Source: Azolla caroliniana
Taxonomy: Eukaryota > Plantae > Polypodiophyta
Assembly (NCBI GenBank): GCA_043228905.1
Contig: JBHGNT010000014.1
Span: 20,460,001-20,524,000 of the forward strand
DNA: 64,000 nucleotides
Direction of reading: 5' to 3'
Shown in pieces: positions 1 to 11,557 of this stretch. The notes below the pieces were generated by a model that saw only the letters and a program-made list of their open reading frames with translations, was not told the origin of the DNA and made no database searches. The translations under genes and the position numbers were made by a program. Position 1 is the first letter of the stretch. Each line of letters starts with the position of its first letter.

Positions 1-345
1 ATTTCCCTTTTGTTTACTTACTTTTTCACTTAGATTGCAATGTTGCACGGTTCCTCACAAAAGAATTATGTCGTTGTTTTATTTACTAATTTTTTATCTT
101 AAATTGTAATCTAATATTGTAATGTTTTTCTTATAATCTATTTATGATGACGTTTCACGAGCAAAAACTTTAATAGTTCTAAAAACTAATCATGAGCATA
201 TACTTTCAATATATGAATGTGAGACTCAATTAGTGGGTTCTATGTTTCACCTTACTCTACTTTTATTTATTTGAGAGGACAATTCCAAATTTTGAAGGCT
301 CATAAGGCATAGAGGTCAATAGTAAATACCTTTCATACATCCATC

Positions 346-2273
346 CAGGGCCTGAATTTGACGGGTTAGTCTTAAAGTTTTTTGACGGGCATTTTTTAAA
401 GATGTATGTCATATGACGTAAGAGTGCAAAAATTAACATGTCATTTGACATACAAATTTCTTATAATGAAAAGCTCTATATGATGCTTCATTATTATACA
501 TTTTATTACTATAGAAGGTACACAAATAGACACAACTACCTCGCAAAGATAATGAAATACAGAAAATAAATATCGTGTTAATGTTATTTTTTTACCAAAA
601 AAGTGTTAATGTTTTTTAAGCCAAAGTACAAACTATATATGTATCCATAATCATAATTCATTCTTGCAAAGTGGATACAATAAGCTTCAAACAAATAATC
701 ATACAAATCGAATACTTAATCATCATATATTTCTTAAAGCCCAAAAAACACAAAAAAATGTTTACCATACCGGGACTCCTCATACTTATTACTAAGCATT
801 GTTCAATGATACTATCCTTCTCTCTTTCTCTTCAAACCAAAGGTTAAATATATCCCTCCAACAAATGTAACCACCTCGTGCTCATTATTTGGAGCATCAT
901 TAACATGTGTTGCCTTGCAAAACATAGTCTTAATAGAATGTTGTTGTGCTTGGTTCTTTGTTTTCCCCCTGAAATTATTTAAATAATAGACATCTAAAAA
1001 TGTACTAAAAGTATTTCATTTCACTATAATAGAGACATTGAAGTTATTGTTTAGGTATTAAGGTAATACAAAAACAATATTGTATAATAACTTGTTAAAT
1101 GAACATAATATGATAGATATTCATGGTAACTTACATTTTTTAAATGTAGTTAAAAAATGTTGAAGGTTGAAGGCTGTTTTTGTTCTATTCCCACTGCACA
1201 AAAAGGCTACATAGAATCAATAATTTTTAATTGGAACAATAGCTTGCTACCTAATAGTAAGTACTCACCTTTTCCTATACTAATAAGTTATTATTAACCC
1301 TAATTTTTTAATAAAGCATAGTAAAACGTAATAAGTATGTATAAAACAATAGGTTAGTAAAACATTTAGTTTAAAAAAACTTAAAATCAAACCTTATTGA
1401 AATGAAATACTTTTAGTTTATTTTTAGAGGTATTAAGGTAATACAAAAACAATATAATAACTTGCTAAATGAACATAATATGATAGATGATCATGGTAAC
1501 TTACATTTTTAAACTGTAGTTAAAAAATGTTGAAGGTTGAAGGATTTCTTTCTTTGTTCTATTCCTGCTGCACAAAAGGCTACATAAAATCAATCATTTT
1601 TAAGTTGAAAAATAACTTGTTACCTAACACAGTAAGTAGTAAGTAGTAAGTACTCACCTTTTTCCTATACTAAAAAGTTATTACTAACCCTAATTTTTTA
1701 ATAAAGCACAGTAATAAGTATTAAGTATTAAGTAATAAGTAATAAGTATGTATAAAAAAGTAGGTTAGTAAAACATTTACTTTAAGAAAACTTAAAATCA
1801 AACCTAGAGTGACTAGTCTACACTCTAGTATTTTTTAGAGTATTTAATAAAGCACCAAGGTTATTGTTTAAAATTTAAATTGATTTGAGGATTCATCATT
1901 ACAATTTATATGATATTATTTTAAGCGTGTTATAAATATATATATATATATATATATTAGAATTTAGTATATTACACACTTCATACTATATAGTCAAATT
2001 GAATCTTGATACTACATAGATGATAGTATGATAGTACATATATTTAAATTTTATATGACAATATGTGGTATATATATATAATATATATGAATAATGACAT
2101 AGAAAATAAAATTTTAGCATGTCATTTGACATGTATAATTTTAAGGGGCCTTTCACATGAAAAGGAAAATTTTATACTTTATATGTCACTTGACGGACAT
2201 TTTTAGTAGGTGTATGTTTTTGACGGGCAAAATGGCCTTTGACGGGCATGACACCCGTCAAATTCCTGCCCTG
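346..2273. mobile_element. Non-autonomous hAT DNA transposon (1.9 kb)
   Basis: 21-bp TIRs CAGGGCCTGAATTTGACGGGT / ACCCGTCAAATTCCTGCCCTG (2 mismatches). Perfect 8-bp TSD CATCCATC at 338-345 and 2274-2281. Subterminal TTTGACGG motifs at both ends. No transposase ORF. Confidence 0.9.
1053..1805. repeat. Two-copy direct duplication (~350 bp) inside the hAT element
   Basis: 1053-1394 and 1428-1805 both run AGGTATTAAGGTAATACAAAAACAATAT...AAAACTTAAAATCAAACCT. The second copy has TAAGTA expansions. Confidence 0.9.
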
Positions 2274-2612
2274 CATCCATCGTCAATGTATAATTGAAGT
2301 TTGGAAGGATGCACTTTTGTAGTGTCAAGTGAAAATCTAGAAGAAGATATAATGACAATAACTTTGTAAAGATAATATGTATAAAACTTTGCGGAAAATG
2401 TATTATCCATACAAATGTCTCATGCACTTTTGCATTCTCGAGTCTTTAACATAATATAAAATGTACATTGAATCATTGCATAAACAAATATGTTAGCATG
2501 CGTGTGGATGCAATTGATGTCTTGCACATCCACTGGAGTACGAATGTTGATTTCGAGTCCATTTGATCCTTTGATTTGATCTTATGATTTCCCAATAGAT
2601 ACATTCAATATA

Positions 2613-2651
<39 letters not shown>

Positions 2652-2814
2652 GCATGAAACCTATACTTCTAAATATCTACATGTTGTAGCATGACATTGA
2701 AAAGACAATCAAATTTGGCGCTATTTGCATCCATTTGACTTTATTTATGGTATGTGGGTTGTTCTCATAGTCATTATAAAGCTCATTTCATGGTTCAAGA
2801 GCATGTTTAGCAAG

Positions 2815-2975
2815 GCTAGCCATATTGATATTATTTTATGCTAGCGACATCGAGTTGATTCCATCTATCAAGAGGGCCTACAAAAATATCTAAAATGCTA
2901 TAAAGCCATTTTGTACAAAGTAGGATTTGTCAAATAACCTTGCTAAACCTAAAGTGATGGTGTTTAACGCCACTC
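2815..2975 (+). mobile_element. Degenerate LINE reverse transcriptase fragment
   Basis: Broken translation ILFYASDIELI...FCTK...NLAKPKVMVFN resembles the non-LTR RT motif LLYADDIVL...FC...VN.xKTKVMVF. Confidence 0.55.
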
Positions 2976-4746
2976 AAGCATCGGAAACAAGATTAGATTT
3001 GATATGCTTGAGAGAAAAAAGTGCATACACTTTTTAGCAAAAAGAAAAAGAAAAAAAAGTGCATACACAACATCTCTTTTGTAGGAAGGATTTGTTTGCC
3101 ATTATAATCGTCGTCAATGTGTGTGATCAAGTGGTATATGTTGGTGTCGTTGTGTGCTTGCATGTGACCAATAAGCCCTTTTACTATTAACTTTTGTCAT
3201 CGTTTTCCGTTCTTGTTTTTTATTATGTACTACTATTATGATGATTTTTATGTTCAACTATGTATTTGTCAATCAATACAATTAGTATTATTTTTATCTC
3301 ATTATTTAATTATTAATTACCTAATGATTTTTTATTCCTCTTGTTTGTTGATTGATTGATGTGTTAGTTTACTATTAATACGTAACACATTGAATGTGAG
3401 TTAGAGATATTGTGTTGAGGAGGAGGTGTCGTGTTGAAGTGGGTAGGGTGAGAAGTGGTAGCGATGGTGGATGTGAAAGTGAGATGTCATGATGAGGTGG
3501 CATACATGGGGGTATTGCAGTGGAGAAGGGATATTGTGGCAAGGGGGGGGTGTAATGTGGAGATATATAGTTGAGGCAAGGGTAGAGAGGAAGATTGCTA
3601 AGGTTATTAGAAAGCAAACCATTGACAAGGGAGAGAAGGATGCGAAATATATTCATTTTCGATGTCCAAAGTCATGGGGAAGAGGTAAAGTAAGAGGTAG
3701 TCAATTTGTGGCGGTAGTATCCTATACATATTGGAAACCTTCGATGACATTGTTGGCAGAGGAGAGTCAAGCGTGTTTCCTAGTTTGTCAGTACGTTAGC
3801 ACCTTGGATTGCTTGTTCTTGCTTGTTCTACGATGCATATAAAACCCGCACAAGATCATAGGGACATGGACAGGGGGCTGAGCGTAGCCGAATGTTATAT
3901 AACTTTGATTTATGATTACAAAATCCAATTACTCCAAGAAGAGTGAGTGTGTGTATTGTCATTATGAATACAAATCCATTTACTTGAAGAAGAAGAGTAT
4001 GTGTGTCACAAAATTTCCAAGACTATGTGTATGTATGTATGTATGTATGTATGTATGTACATGTTGTGTTCAAGATAATGATTTTATATGTAATGTGTCC
4101 TTCTTCTTCTTCTTCTTCTTCACACATCACACCTCTGCACATTTTTTCTAACCCTAATTGAATGCACACCCCAAATTTATAAGCAATATTATACTAGAGG
4201 GGAGAAAAAGAAAGAGAAAGAGAGGAAATGTGGGGGTGGGTTACTCTGTTCTTTTTGTTTTTCAATTCATTTGCGCCTTACTTTTTGAAGAGATTCTTTC
4301 TTTGTGGAAATTGGGCGAAATATATGCCTAATGAGGAGACTGTGGAGGGGAGGAGTGGAATGAGTGATGTTTGTTCACACCAGAGAAGAGAACTTCCTCA
4401 AATAATGAGCCAAGTTGAGAGAAAAGCTCACGTGGATTGCACCTAGAGTGTGGAAGATCGAAGACTTCTTCGGAAATACTACCAGGATGTTAAAATCGAC
4501 ATTGCAGGTATTAATATCTTCAAATTTCCTCCCACATACACGTTCATACTTACAAACGTGTCTGTGTGTGCTATATATATATATTTGTGTATGAGTGTAT
4601 GTATGTACATATGCCTGTATTGGCATTTGTATGTATAGATATAGATATGGTTTGTTTGTGGATTGCACCAATACACACAAACATCAATGCATTATGTATT
4701 ATATATATGTGTATATGCCTGTGTTAGCATGTATGTAGATATAGGT

Positions 4747-4933
4747 ATGTTTGTGTGTGAATTATGCCAATCAACATTTAACACCCAAGCTTGCATTTAT
4801 CGCTTTCAGCTTTAGAGGAAGAGAATTTGGGTTAATGAAATATTCTTTTCTGTGCTCTCTTCCTCCAAATCTGAAAGCTATCAATGCAAGCTTGGATGTT
4901 AAACATTGATTGGCATAGCTCAGACACAAACAT
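4747..4933. repeat. Long imperfect hairpin (78-bp arms, ~31-nt loop) in NSE4 intron 1
   Basis: 4747-4824 is the ungapped reverse complement of 4856-4933 with roughly 10 mismatches. Confidence 0.9.
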
Positions 4934-7170
4934 GTGTATGTAACATATATATATATATATATATGTTACATTGAGGTTCTGCTTTCATCTCCTTTGCGGT
5001 TTGGAAGGTGCTTTATGGAAACATAAATGCTTCACCACATATATATTCTATCCAAGTACTGTTTATCACTTTTCGGTTTTGAAAGAATACTTTATGTGTG
5101 AAAGCAATATTATTTTCTTCTACATTATTTTACACCCAAAATGTTTGCATTCATATCTTTCACCTTGATGCTTCATGGGGTATATGACATTCGCAAGCTT
5201 TTATTTCATCTTATTTCTAATTAGAAGTAGGGTCTGCTGGCGAAAATCAGGGGATTTTGATAAGTTCTATCTTTGGATTTTTTTAATAGATGGCAAAGAA
5301 GACATTATTCGGCTTGACTCGAATAGGTTCGATGATGTATTTGGTAAAGAAGACATTATTCGGCTTGACTAGAAAATTTTGTTGAAGCAGGACTTCAATG
5401 CTTCGCAAAGAATGTTATGAATGCTCATACTACCGAGCCACTGGTGGATTGGAAAAAGCTCAGCCATGTTGCGTGCGATATTTTTTCAGATGCCTATGGG
5501 TTGAGCACATTGTAAGACTTAATGCACATATTATGTTAATATTTGTGACCTTTGTCTTCCTTGATTGATCTGTATAAATAAATGTACTCTGTGATACACT
5601 AGATATTTATGACATTTTTAAAGAGTATTTATTTACTTCCTCACTTTTCGTAGGCTTGGCCCCATGGAAGGTTAACCGAAAAAGAGGAAAGCTCCACAAA
5701 GGCGGGAGAAAAACAAAGCGGTTGAAGGTGTAAAACCTCAGGAGGTGGACTCTTACATTCATCCAAGGCATGTTCATAACACGTGATAAAAACTTCTTCT
5801 TTCTTTTCTGATTGTGAGTCTGACTTTTTTCAAATTTTAACTAGCAAATGTTTGTTAGCTAGGGCACTTGAATAGCAATAATAACTCTACAGACACAGAC
5901 AAAAATATGGAGATGATGTTCATGATTTTGAGAGATTTGAGATTGGTTCGTCTAGAAGAGGTCTTGCTCAACAGGTGCTCTTTCTCTCAAACCGTGGAGA
6001 ACATCTTCGCCTTGTCGTTTTTGGTCAAAGATGGGTGTGCGGAAATCTCAATTGTGAATGGGCGACTCTTTGTCGGTAAAATTTCCGAAGTTTAACTCGT
6101 TCATTTCTGGTTGGATGTAGACCATGCACACATGTTTTTTCTTCTCTTGAATTTAAGTATACACATTTAAAAATAGAACACAGTAAATTGGGCGTGATTC
6201 ACCATTCCGGACATTTGTTATCTATAAATGTGTTAGACTGATCACATGCTCATCAGCAGGTCCCAAGAAATTCCCATCTCCATTTGTTTCGATGCAACAA
6301 TTTGTCCTACATTTTGATTTTCGGGACTAGCAAGTAAGCCTTTTATTCTTCCCTTCTATCACTCTGTTGTTTTTTTCTTGTTTCTTTTATTTTGTTATTA
6401 TTTGGGGAACAAATCACTTTTAATATTTAAATAATATTTTGGGTGATATTTCATAGGTGATGAAAGAAATGGTTGAGCCAGTGTCGTGAAGATGGATGAT
6501 GTCGCGAATATCCGCGATTGCGGGTCGGCTGGGCTGGACCATGGGGGTCTCGGCCTAGGGAGATGGAAGGTAAGAGAGCTTGCACCCTCTGGCCCTTGGT
6601 ACTCTCCGGCCGGGTCGCCTTTCACCGGATTGGCTTAGGGCGGATCGACTTTGGCTTTGACTGAATCGACTTTGGCCCTTTCAGCTATAGGTGGTCAGCC
6701 CTTGATCCTTAGCCGAATCGGCTTCGGCCGCGTCGGTTGACCACTTGCGGCTTGTCTGGGCCGGATCAACTCTGGCCCTCCTAGTTGCCGGCTCAAGGGC
6801 TGGCTGGCTGGTGTCTGTCGGCAGCTCTCGGGCCGGCGGCTTTTGTTGTTGTTGCTTGCTTGCTTGCCGAATGACGAAAGTTCGACGAGTTGGCCCTTCG
6901 TACGTACATGAGCATTGTGATTTTGTCGACCGTTAGGTCTAAGACAAGGAGTGTGGAATGGTGTGCTATCGGTGGATATGAGGCATGGAGAGGTAGGAGT
7001 GTAAGCTAAGAGAGAGAGAGATTAACACTAATTAGGATTAAAAACAAAAATTACACTCTTATATGTATAGTATGAGAGAGAGTAGTAATGAGAGAGAGAG
7101 AGAGAGAGGAAGAGAAATTTATAAGACAAAGTTTAATTATCATTAAAATTGAAAATTACACGAGGATAGG

Positions 7171-7230
7171 CATGGTCAAATGCAAACTAGTTTCGCCCCT
7201 AAGGGAGCTCATCAGTGCTAAATGACCATG
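7171..7230 (-). ncRNA. Type I hammerhead ribozyme with intact core
   Basis: Minus strand reads CAUGGUCA-UUUA-GCA-CUGAUGA-GCUCC-CUUA-GGGGC-GAA-AC-UA-GU-U-UGC-AUU-UGACCAUG: canonical CUGAUGA/GAAA core, 5-bp stem II, minimal palindromic stem III, GUU cleavage triplet, and stem I with an internal loop. Confidence 0.85.
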
Positions 7231-7596
7231 TGGGGTGCAGTATAGTTTATATAAGGAGGGTAGGAGAGAAAGAATTAGAGAGAGAGAGAGAGAGAGAAGA
7301 GGGAGAGAGAGAGGGGTTTTAATGGGAGTTAGGGGGAGGTAAGCATTTCAAGGATGATTATGGAAGTAGGGGGAAAGATATTCTATCCAATTTATTTTTA
7401 CACTCATCACCCCCATTATCACCACCTCTTTTCCCGTCTCCTATCCCTCTTATTACATTAAACCTCATTCCTTCTATCTTTAAATCCTCCCCTTTTCAAT
7501 CACACCCCTAGCACACCCCACTCTCTATTTTCATTCTCTCTCAAATCTCTACTTTTAATCTCTCTCAAATTTCTATATAAACTATCTTACACCCCA

Positions 7597-7656
7597 CATG
7601 GTCATTTGGCATTGATGAGCCCCTGTAGGGGCGAAACTAGTTTGTATTTGACCATG
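7597..7656 (+). ncRNA. Type I hammerhead ribozyme (C3U core variant)
   Basis: CAUGGUCA-UUUG-GCA-UUGAUGA-GCCCC-UGUA-GGGGC-GAA-AC-UA-GU-U-UGU-AUU-UGACCAUG. Same fold as the minus-strand copy. Apart from the core C3U change, differences lie in loops or keep G-U pairs. Confidence 0.75.
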
Positions 7657-10600
7657 GTTATCCATATGCATTAATTTTCATTTTTAATGATAATTAAACT
7701 TTGTCTTTTAAATCTCTCTCTCTCTCATACAATACTTGTAGGTAGATTTAGTTTTAATTTCTATTAGTAATTCAATTCTTAATCTCTCTCTTTACTATTC
7801 TCATCTCTCTCATACTATACATATAGGAGTTTGTAGTGTTAGTTTTTAATTAGTGTTAATTCTCTCTCTCTCAACATACACTCCTACCTTTCCATGCCTT
7901 ATATCCACCGATGGCACACCTTTCCGCACTCCTTGTCTTAGACCTAATGGTAGATGAAAAAGTTAAGCCAAACTTGTCAAACATTCGCTCGTCAAATGTT
8001 GGCTGTGAACTTGTTCGATGGCTTTGACACCCGAGTACCACGCGAGCTCGCTGTGGCTGCTGATGGATGGCGTCGCGACTAACGAGTTTCGTTTTTGACA
8101 ATACAATGCTGACCCTTGACGGCAAAATGATGATCAAACACAACAAGAAACGAAACCCAAAATATACACCACAAAGATGCCAAGATCCCTTACACAGGAT
8201 CAAATAAATTAACCTTTACAGCAGTGGCAAATGCCAAATTTGACCAGATCGATGATTACAATGGGTAGGGAAGAAATGGGAAAGAGAATGAAGACGAGGA
8301 GAGGGGAGGGTCTCGATGTTGACCATGGCTCCCCCACGCACACTCGAGATGCTTCCCCGTGACTAACCACACGAACACCAACCACGGATGAGGCTCCTGA
8401 ACGGTGAGCACACGGGCTCACGATGGCGAATGGAGGCCTCGCACCGCTACGATAACGTTGCTTTGTGAAGCGAATGGGGCATGTGAGAAATCAAGAGAGT
8501 GGGAGAGAGAGAGCTCAAGAACATCTAATAAAACAAACCCAAAACTAAGAGGAGAGAAGAAACATTTTGTGAGCACCCTTCTCCCTTTTATAGCCCAAGG
8601 GGAGAGGTGCCCCTTACATTCAATGAGGTAGATATTCCTCTCTTTGTGGCACCTCTCCCCTTGGGCTATAAAAGGGAGAGGGGTGCTCACAAAATGTTTT
8701 TTCTCTCCTTTTAGTTTTGGGTTTAGGTGTTCTTTAAGCTCTCTCTCTCTCGTGCTCTCACACGCCCCTTTGCTTCACAAGGCGGTATTGCTGTTGTGGT
8801 GTGAGGCCTTCGTTCGTCGTTGTGAGCTTGAGTGCTCACCGTTTGGAGGCTTGTTGGTGTTTGTGTCCGGCCCACATTCGTTGTTGAGAGTCCAAGAGCT
8901 CGTTGTTTGTGTGGCAGTACGGACGGTTCGTCGAGGGAGAACTTCTCGAGTACACGAGTTGGGAGCCGCGGGCATCGTCGGGCCCTCCCTTCTTCTTGAC
9001 TTTCCATCATCTCATCACTTTCTCTACCCGTTGTATCTTGAGTTTGTTGAGTGCGACACTGTGTTGCCATCGTTGTAACCATTTTAGTCATCATAACTTT
9101 GTATAAAAGAAGGTTGTTTTGGGTTGGTCTGGTTTCCTGTCGTTTTTTGTGTTGTCTCTGTTCCGTCCTGTTGGTGTTGCGCGGGAGGACGGGAAGGGAA
9201 TGCCGGACGGTCGAACTCATCGTTTGATGAGTGAGCGACTCATCAAACTCGTTCGACGAGTGAACAACTTGTCGAATGATCAACGTTCAACGAGTGCACA
9301 ACTCGTCGAACGCACAAACGTTCGATGAGTTGAGACTCCTTGAGCAGTCGGCCCCTATTGCCGACGACCGACACTAGCCGGCCGGTCAGGAGCTGGCAAT
9401 TAGGAGGGCTAGAACCGAAGCCGGCAGCCGACGCGGCCCGTGGGCCGACAGCAAGGAAGGAAGCCGAACCGGCCAAGGGCAGATCCGGCCGAAAGCCAAC
9501 CCAGCCAAATCCAACTCGGCCGTAGTGTACAAAGGGCGATAGGTGCCAGCTTACTTGCCTTCATCCTCCCTAGTTCGAGACCCCCGTGGTCCTGCCCAGC
9601 CGACTTGCAGGTGCGAATTTTTGTGACACCAGGTAGAGAGCTAATGTGTGATCGATTGGGAAAGAAGTGAAGAATTTAGGGAGAAGTGTGAAGAAAGTGT
9701 CTCGGAACTGAACCCAAGAGACAGAGGAGACAACTTCGGAAGGAAAAGAAAGCTGTTAAGGAGGGATATGAATTATTTGTGCATTCGTTAGGACCATGAA
9801 GAGAGTTTCTGAGATGATTGTTTTGTCATTATTAGATTTCTAATGAGTGTAATATGTACATTACTGATAGATATATGATGGTGGTGTGCAAATTCCACTT
9901 CACAACTTTGTATAGCTCCAAAACTGAAGATATTTTGAACTTGCATACCGGCACTTGGAGTTTTCTCTTTGAAGACAGTGTTATATTATAATCCATCTTT
10001 TTAAACTTCTTTACATTTTGTGAATGCATGCATATATTTTCATTAATAGACAAAGAAATCATGGTGTTTGAAGGAAATGCATTCTTAGTTCAGATGTTAT
10101 CTCTTTAGAAAATAAGGAAAAGAAATAGGCATACTACCATGACTGATGTTATTCATCTGGTACCAATTGGAATGGAAACATTGTGCAATGTAATCATACT
10201 ATTGTACTTACTGTCCTGGTTGGATTTGTACAACCATGATATAATGTTTGGTTTAAATATGCTTTATGAAATCAAAGTGGTGCTCATAATGTGGCATGAG
10301 CAATGGATTTGGCTTTGTAGTGCTCACTAGATTTTAACACTGTTTTTACGCGTTTGTGAAGATGGACTTGCAAGAGTGCGGTTGTATGTAACCTTCATTG
10401 GCTTTCATGTGTATGTGAAGATGTACATGCAGGTTAGGACAAATTCCATATGTTCTATATGCAGATGGAAATAAATCTATCAATAGAATGTTGACCGTGA
10501 TGATCATGTTTGCGATCCGACTTCATTGGCCTCCTATTTGGGCCTAGAAGGTCCTAGACTTATCTTAATCCGAGAGCACTAAACACACATGCCCGGGCAC

Positions 10601-11054
10601 ACACGTGTATTTGTATGTATCTCAAACTCCAAATCCTGCTTGCTTACTTTCAGCATGTATTGCTTGGCCAAAGTTATCCTTACATACCTAGGCAATCAAT
10701 ATGGCCGTTAGTAGAACATGAACACACCATTTATAGGAGCTAGCTAGGTTAACTAAAATATGGTCCTTGGCCTCGTTTGCAATTAGTGATTGCTTGTTCT
10801 TGAACTCTACCTCTCTTTCATGCTCATAAATCCATGGTATATGGTGCAAATAGTTGAGGCTCAAGTGTACCAATTCATTGCTCACTTGAAAGCTCAAAGA
10901 AGAGCTTGTATCCTCAAAACTCACACATTTTTGGAACTTACCAAAATTGAATGACTTTATGCAAACGTGTGCCCCGGTTTTTATAGAAATGCCTAGGGCC
11001 TAATTAAAGAGTAAGTCTACATCCAAATAAGCTACTGATTCAAGAAGATTAGGG

Positions 11055-11376
11055 CAAATTGAGTCAATTTTGTTTCATTAGTAGAACAATTGGAAAAGCA
11101 TATTAGCAAGGAAGAGTAGGAAGGAACAATTGGCTGCTTGGCGACCGATGAAAGCTTGAAAATAAAAGAACAAAGCTTTAACACACTATGTATATCTTGT
11201 TTCATTAGTAGAACAATTGAGTAAATCTTGTTTCATTAGTAGAACAAATTGAGTAAATCTTGTTTCATTAGTAGAACAATTTGGAAAAGTATAGTAGCAA
11301 GGAAGAGTAGGAAGGAACAATTGGCTGCTTGGCGACGGATGAAAGCTTGAAAATTAAGAACAAAGCTTTAACACAC
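11055..11376. repeat. Direct duplication (~130 bp) with ~30-bp subrepeats upstream of LTO1
   Basis: TTGTTTCATTAGTAGAACAA occurs four times. AGCAAGGAAGAGTAGGAAGGAACAATTGGCTGCTTGGCGAC...GCTTTAACACAC occurs twice. Confidence 0.85.
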
Positions 11377-11557
11377 AAATGTATATTATGTATGTATGTA
11401 TTATATGCATGTAAAGAGGAGAGGTATAAATGTGGGGATTCTTCAAATGTAAGGGCTATTTCCGTAAATACATAGAAACATATTATTACGTTCAAAAAAC
11501 AAAGGCGGAATGCAGACACAGAGACAGGTCTGTTTGTCTGTGGCTTAGGCTTTAGCT

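Larger units (their letters stand above)
6921..7960. mobile_element. Nested ~1-kb foldback with inverted pseudo-LTR-like arms, each carrying a hammerhead ribozyme (Penelope-like element derivative, inferred)
   Basis: The arm TTAGGTCTAAGACAAGGAGTG...(6933 onward) is the reverse complement of ...CACTCCTTGTCTTAGACCTAA (~7948). Each arm contains TATATAAACT followed by a hammerhead motif. The GA-rich/CT-rich centre is loosely complementary. Confidence 0.7.
6482..9628. mobile_element. TG...CA insertion made of two diverged LTR-like halves in head-to-head orientation, with 4-bp TSD
   Basis: Starts TGTCG, ends TGACA, flanked by CCAG (6478-6481, 9629-9632). Removing the insert and one CCAG restores the NSE4 frame EP|GRELM. 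The left arm (~6500-8612, excluding the nested element) is an inverted homologue of the right arm (~8647-9628). Each arm begins with GGGCTATAAAAGGG near the centre. No coding capacity seen. Confidence 0.8.
4323..9670 (+). pseudogene. NSE4: NSE4 (SMC5/6 kleisin) pseudogene, intron-containing and interrupted by a 3.1-kb insertion
   Basis: Exon remnants encode VEDRRLLRKYY, KEDIIRLDSNRFDDVF, VDWKKL...GLSTL, LGPMEG*PKKRK...KPQE, TDKNMEMMFMILR...LLNRCSFSQTVENIFALSFLVKDG (Nse4_C), FVLHFDFRD*Q and VMKEMVEP|GRELM. In-frame stops at ~4444, ~5673 and ~6328, plus a local duplication at ~5300-5372. The last exon is split by the insertion at 6482-9628. Confidence 0.88.

Noticed and set aside
4444-6330. NSE4 stop codons repaired by U-to-C RNA editing
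   Set aside because: Such editing is organellar, one stop is TGG>TAG, and the gene also has a duplication and an exonic insertion.
8404-9525. Several 60-186-aa ORFs in the GC-richer insertion
   Set aside because: No recognisable domains. They are mirrored on both strands because of the inverted repeat.
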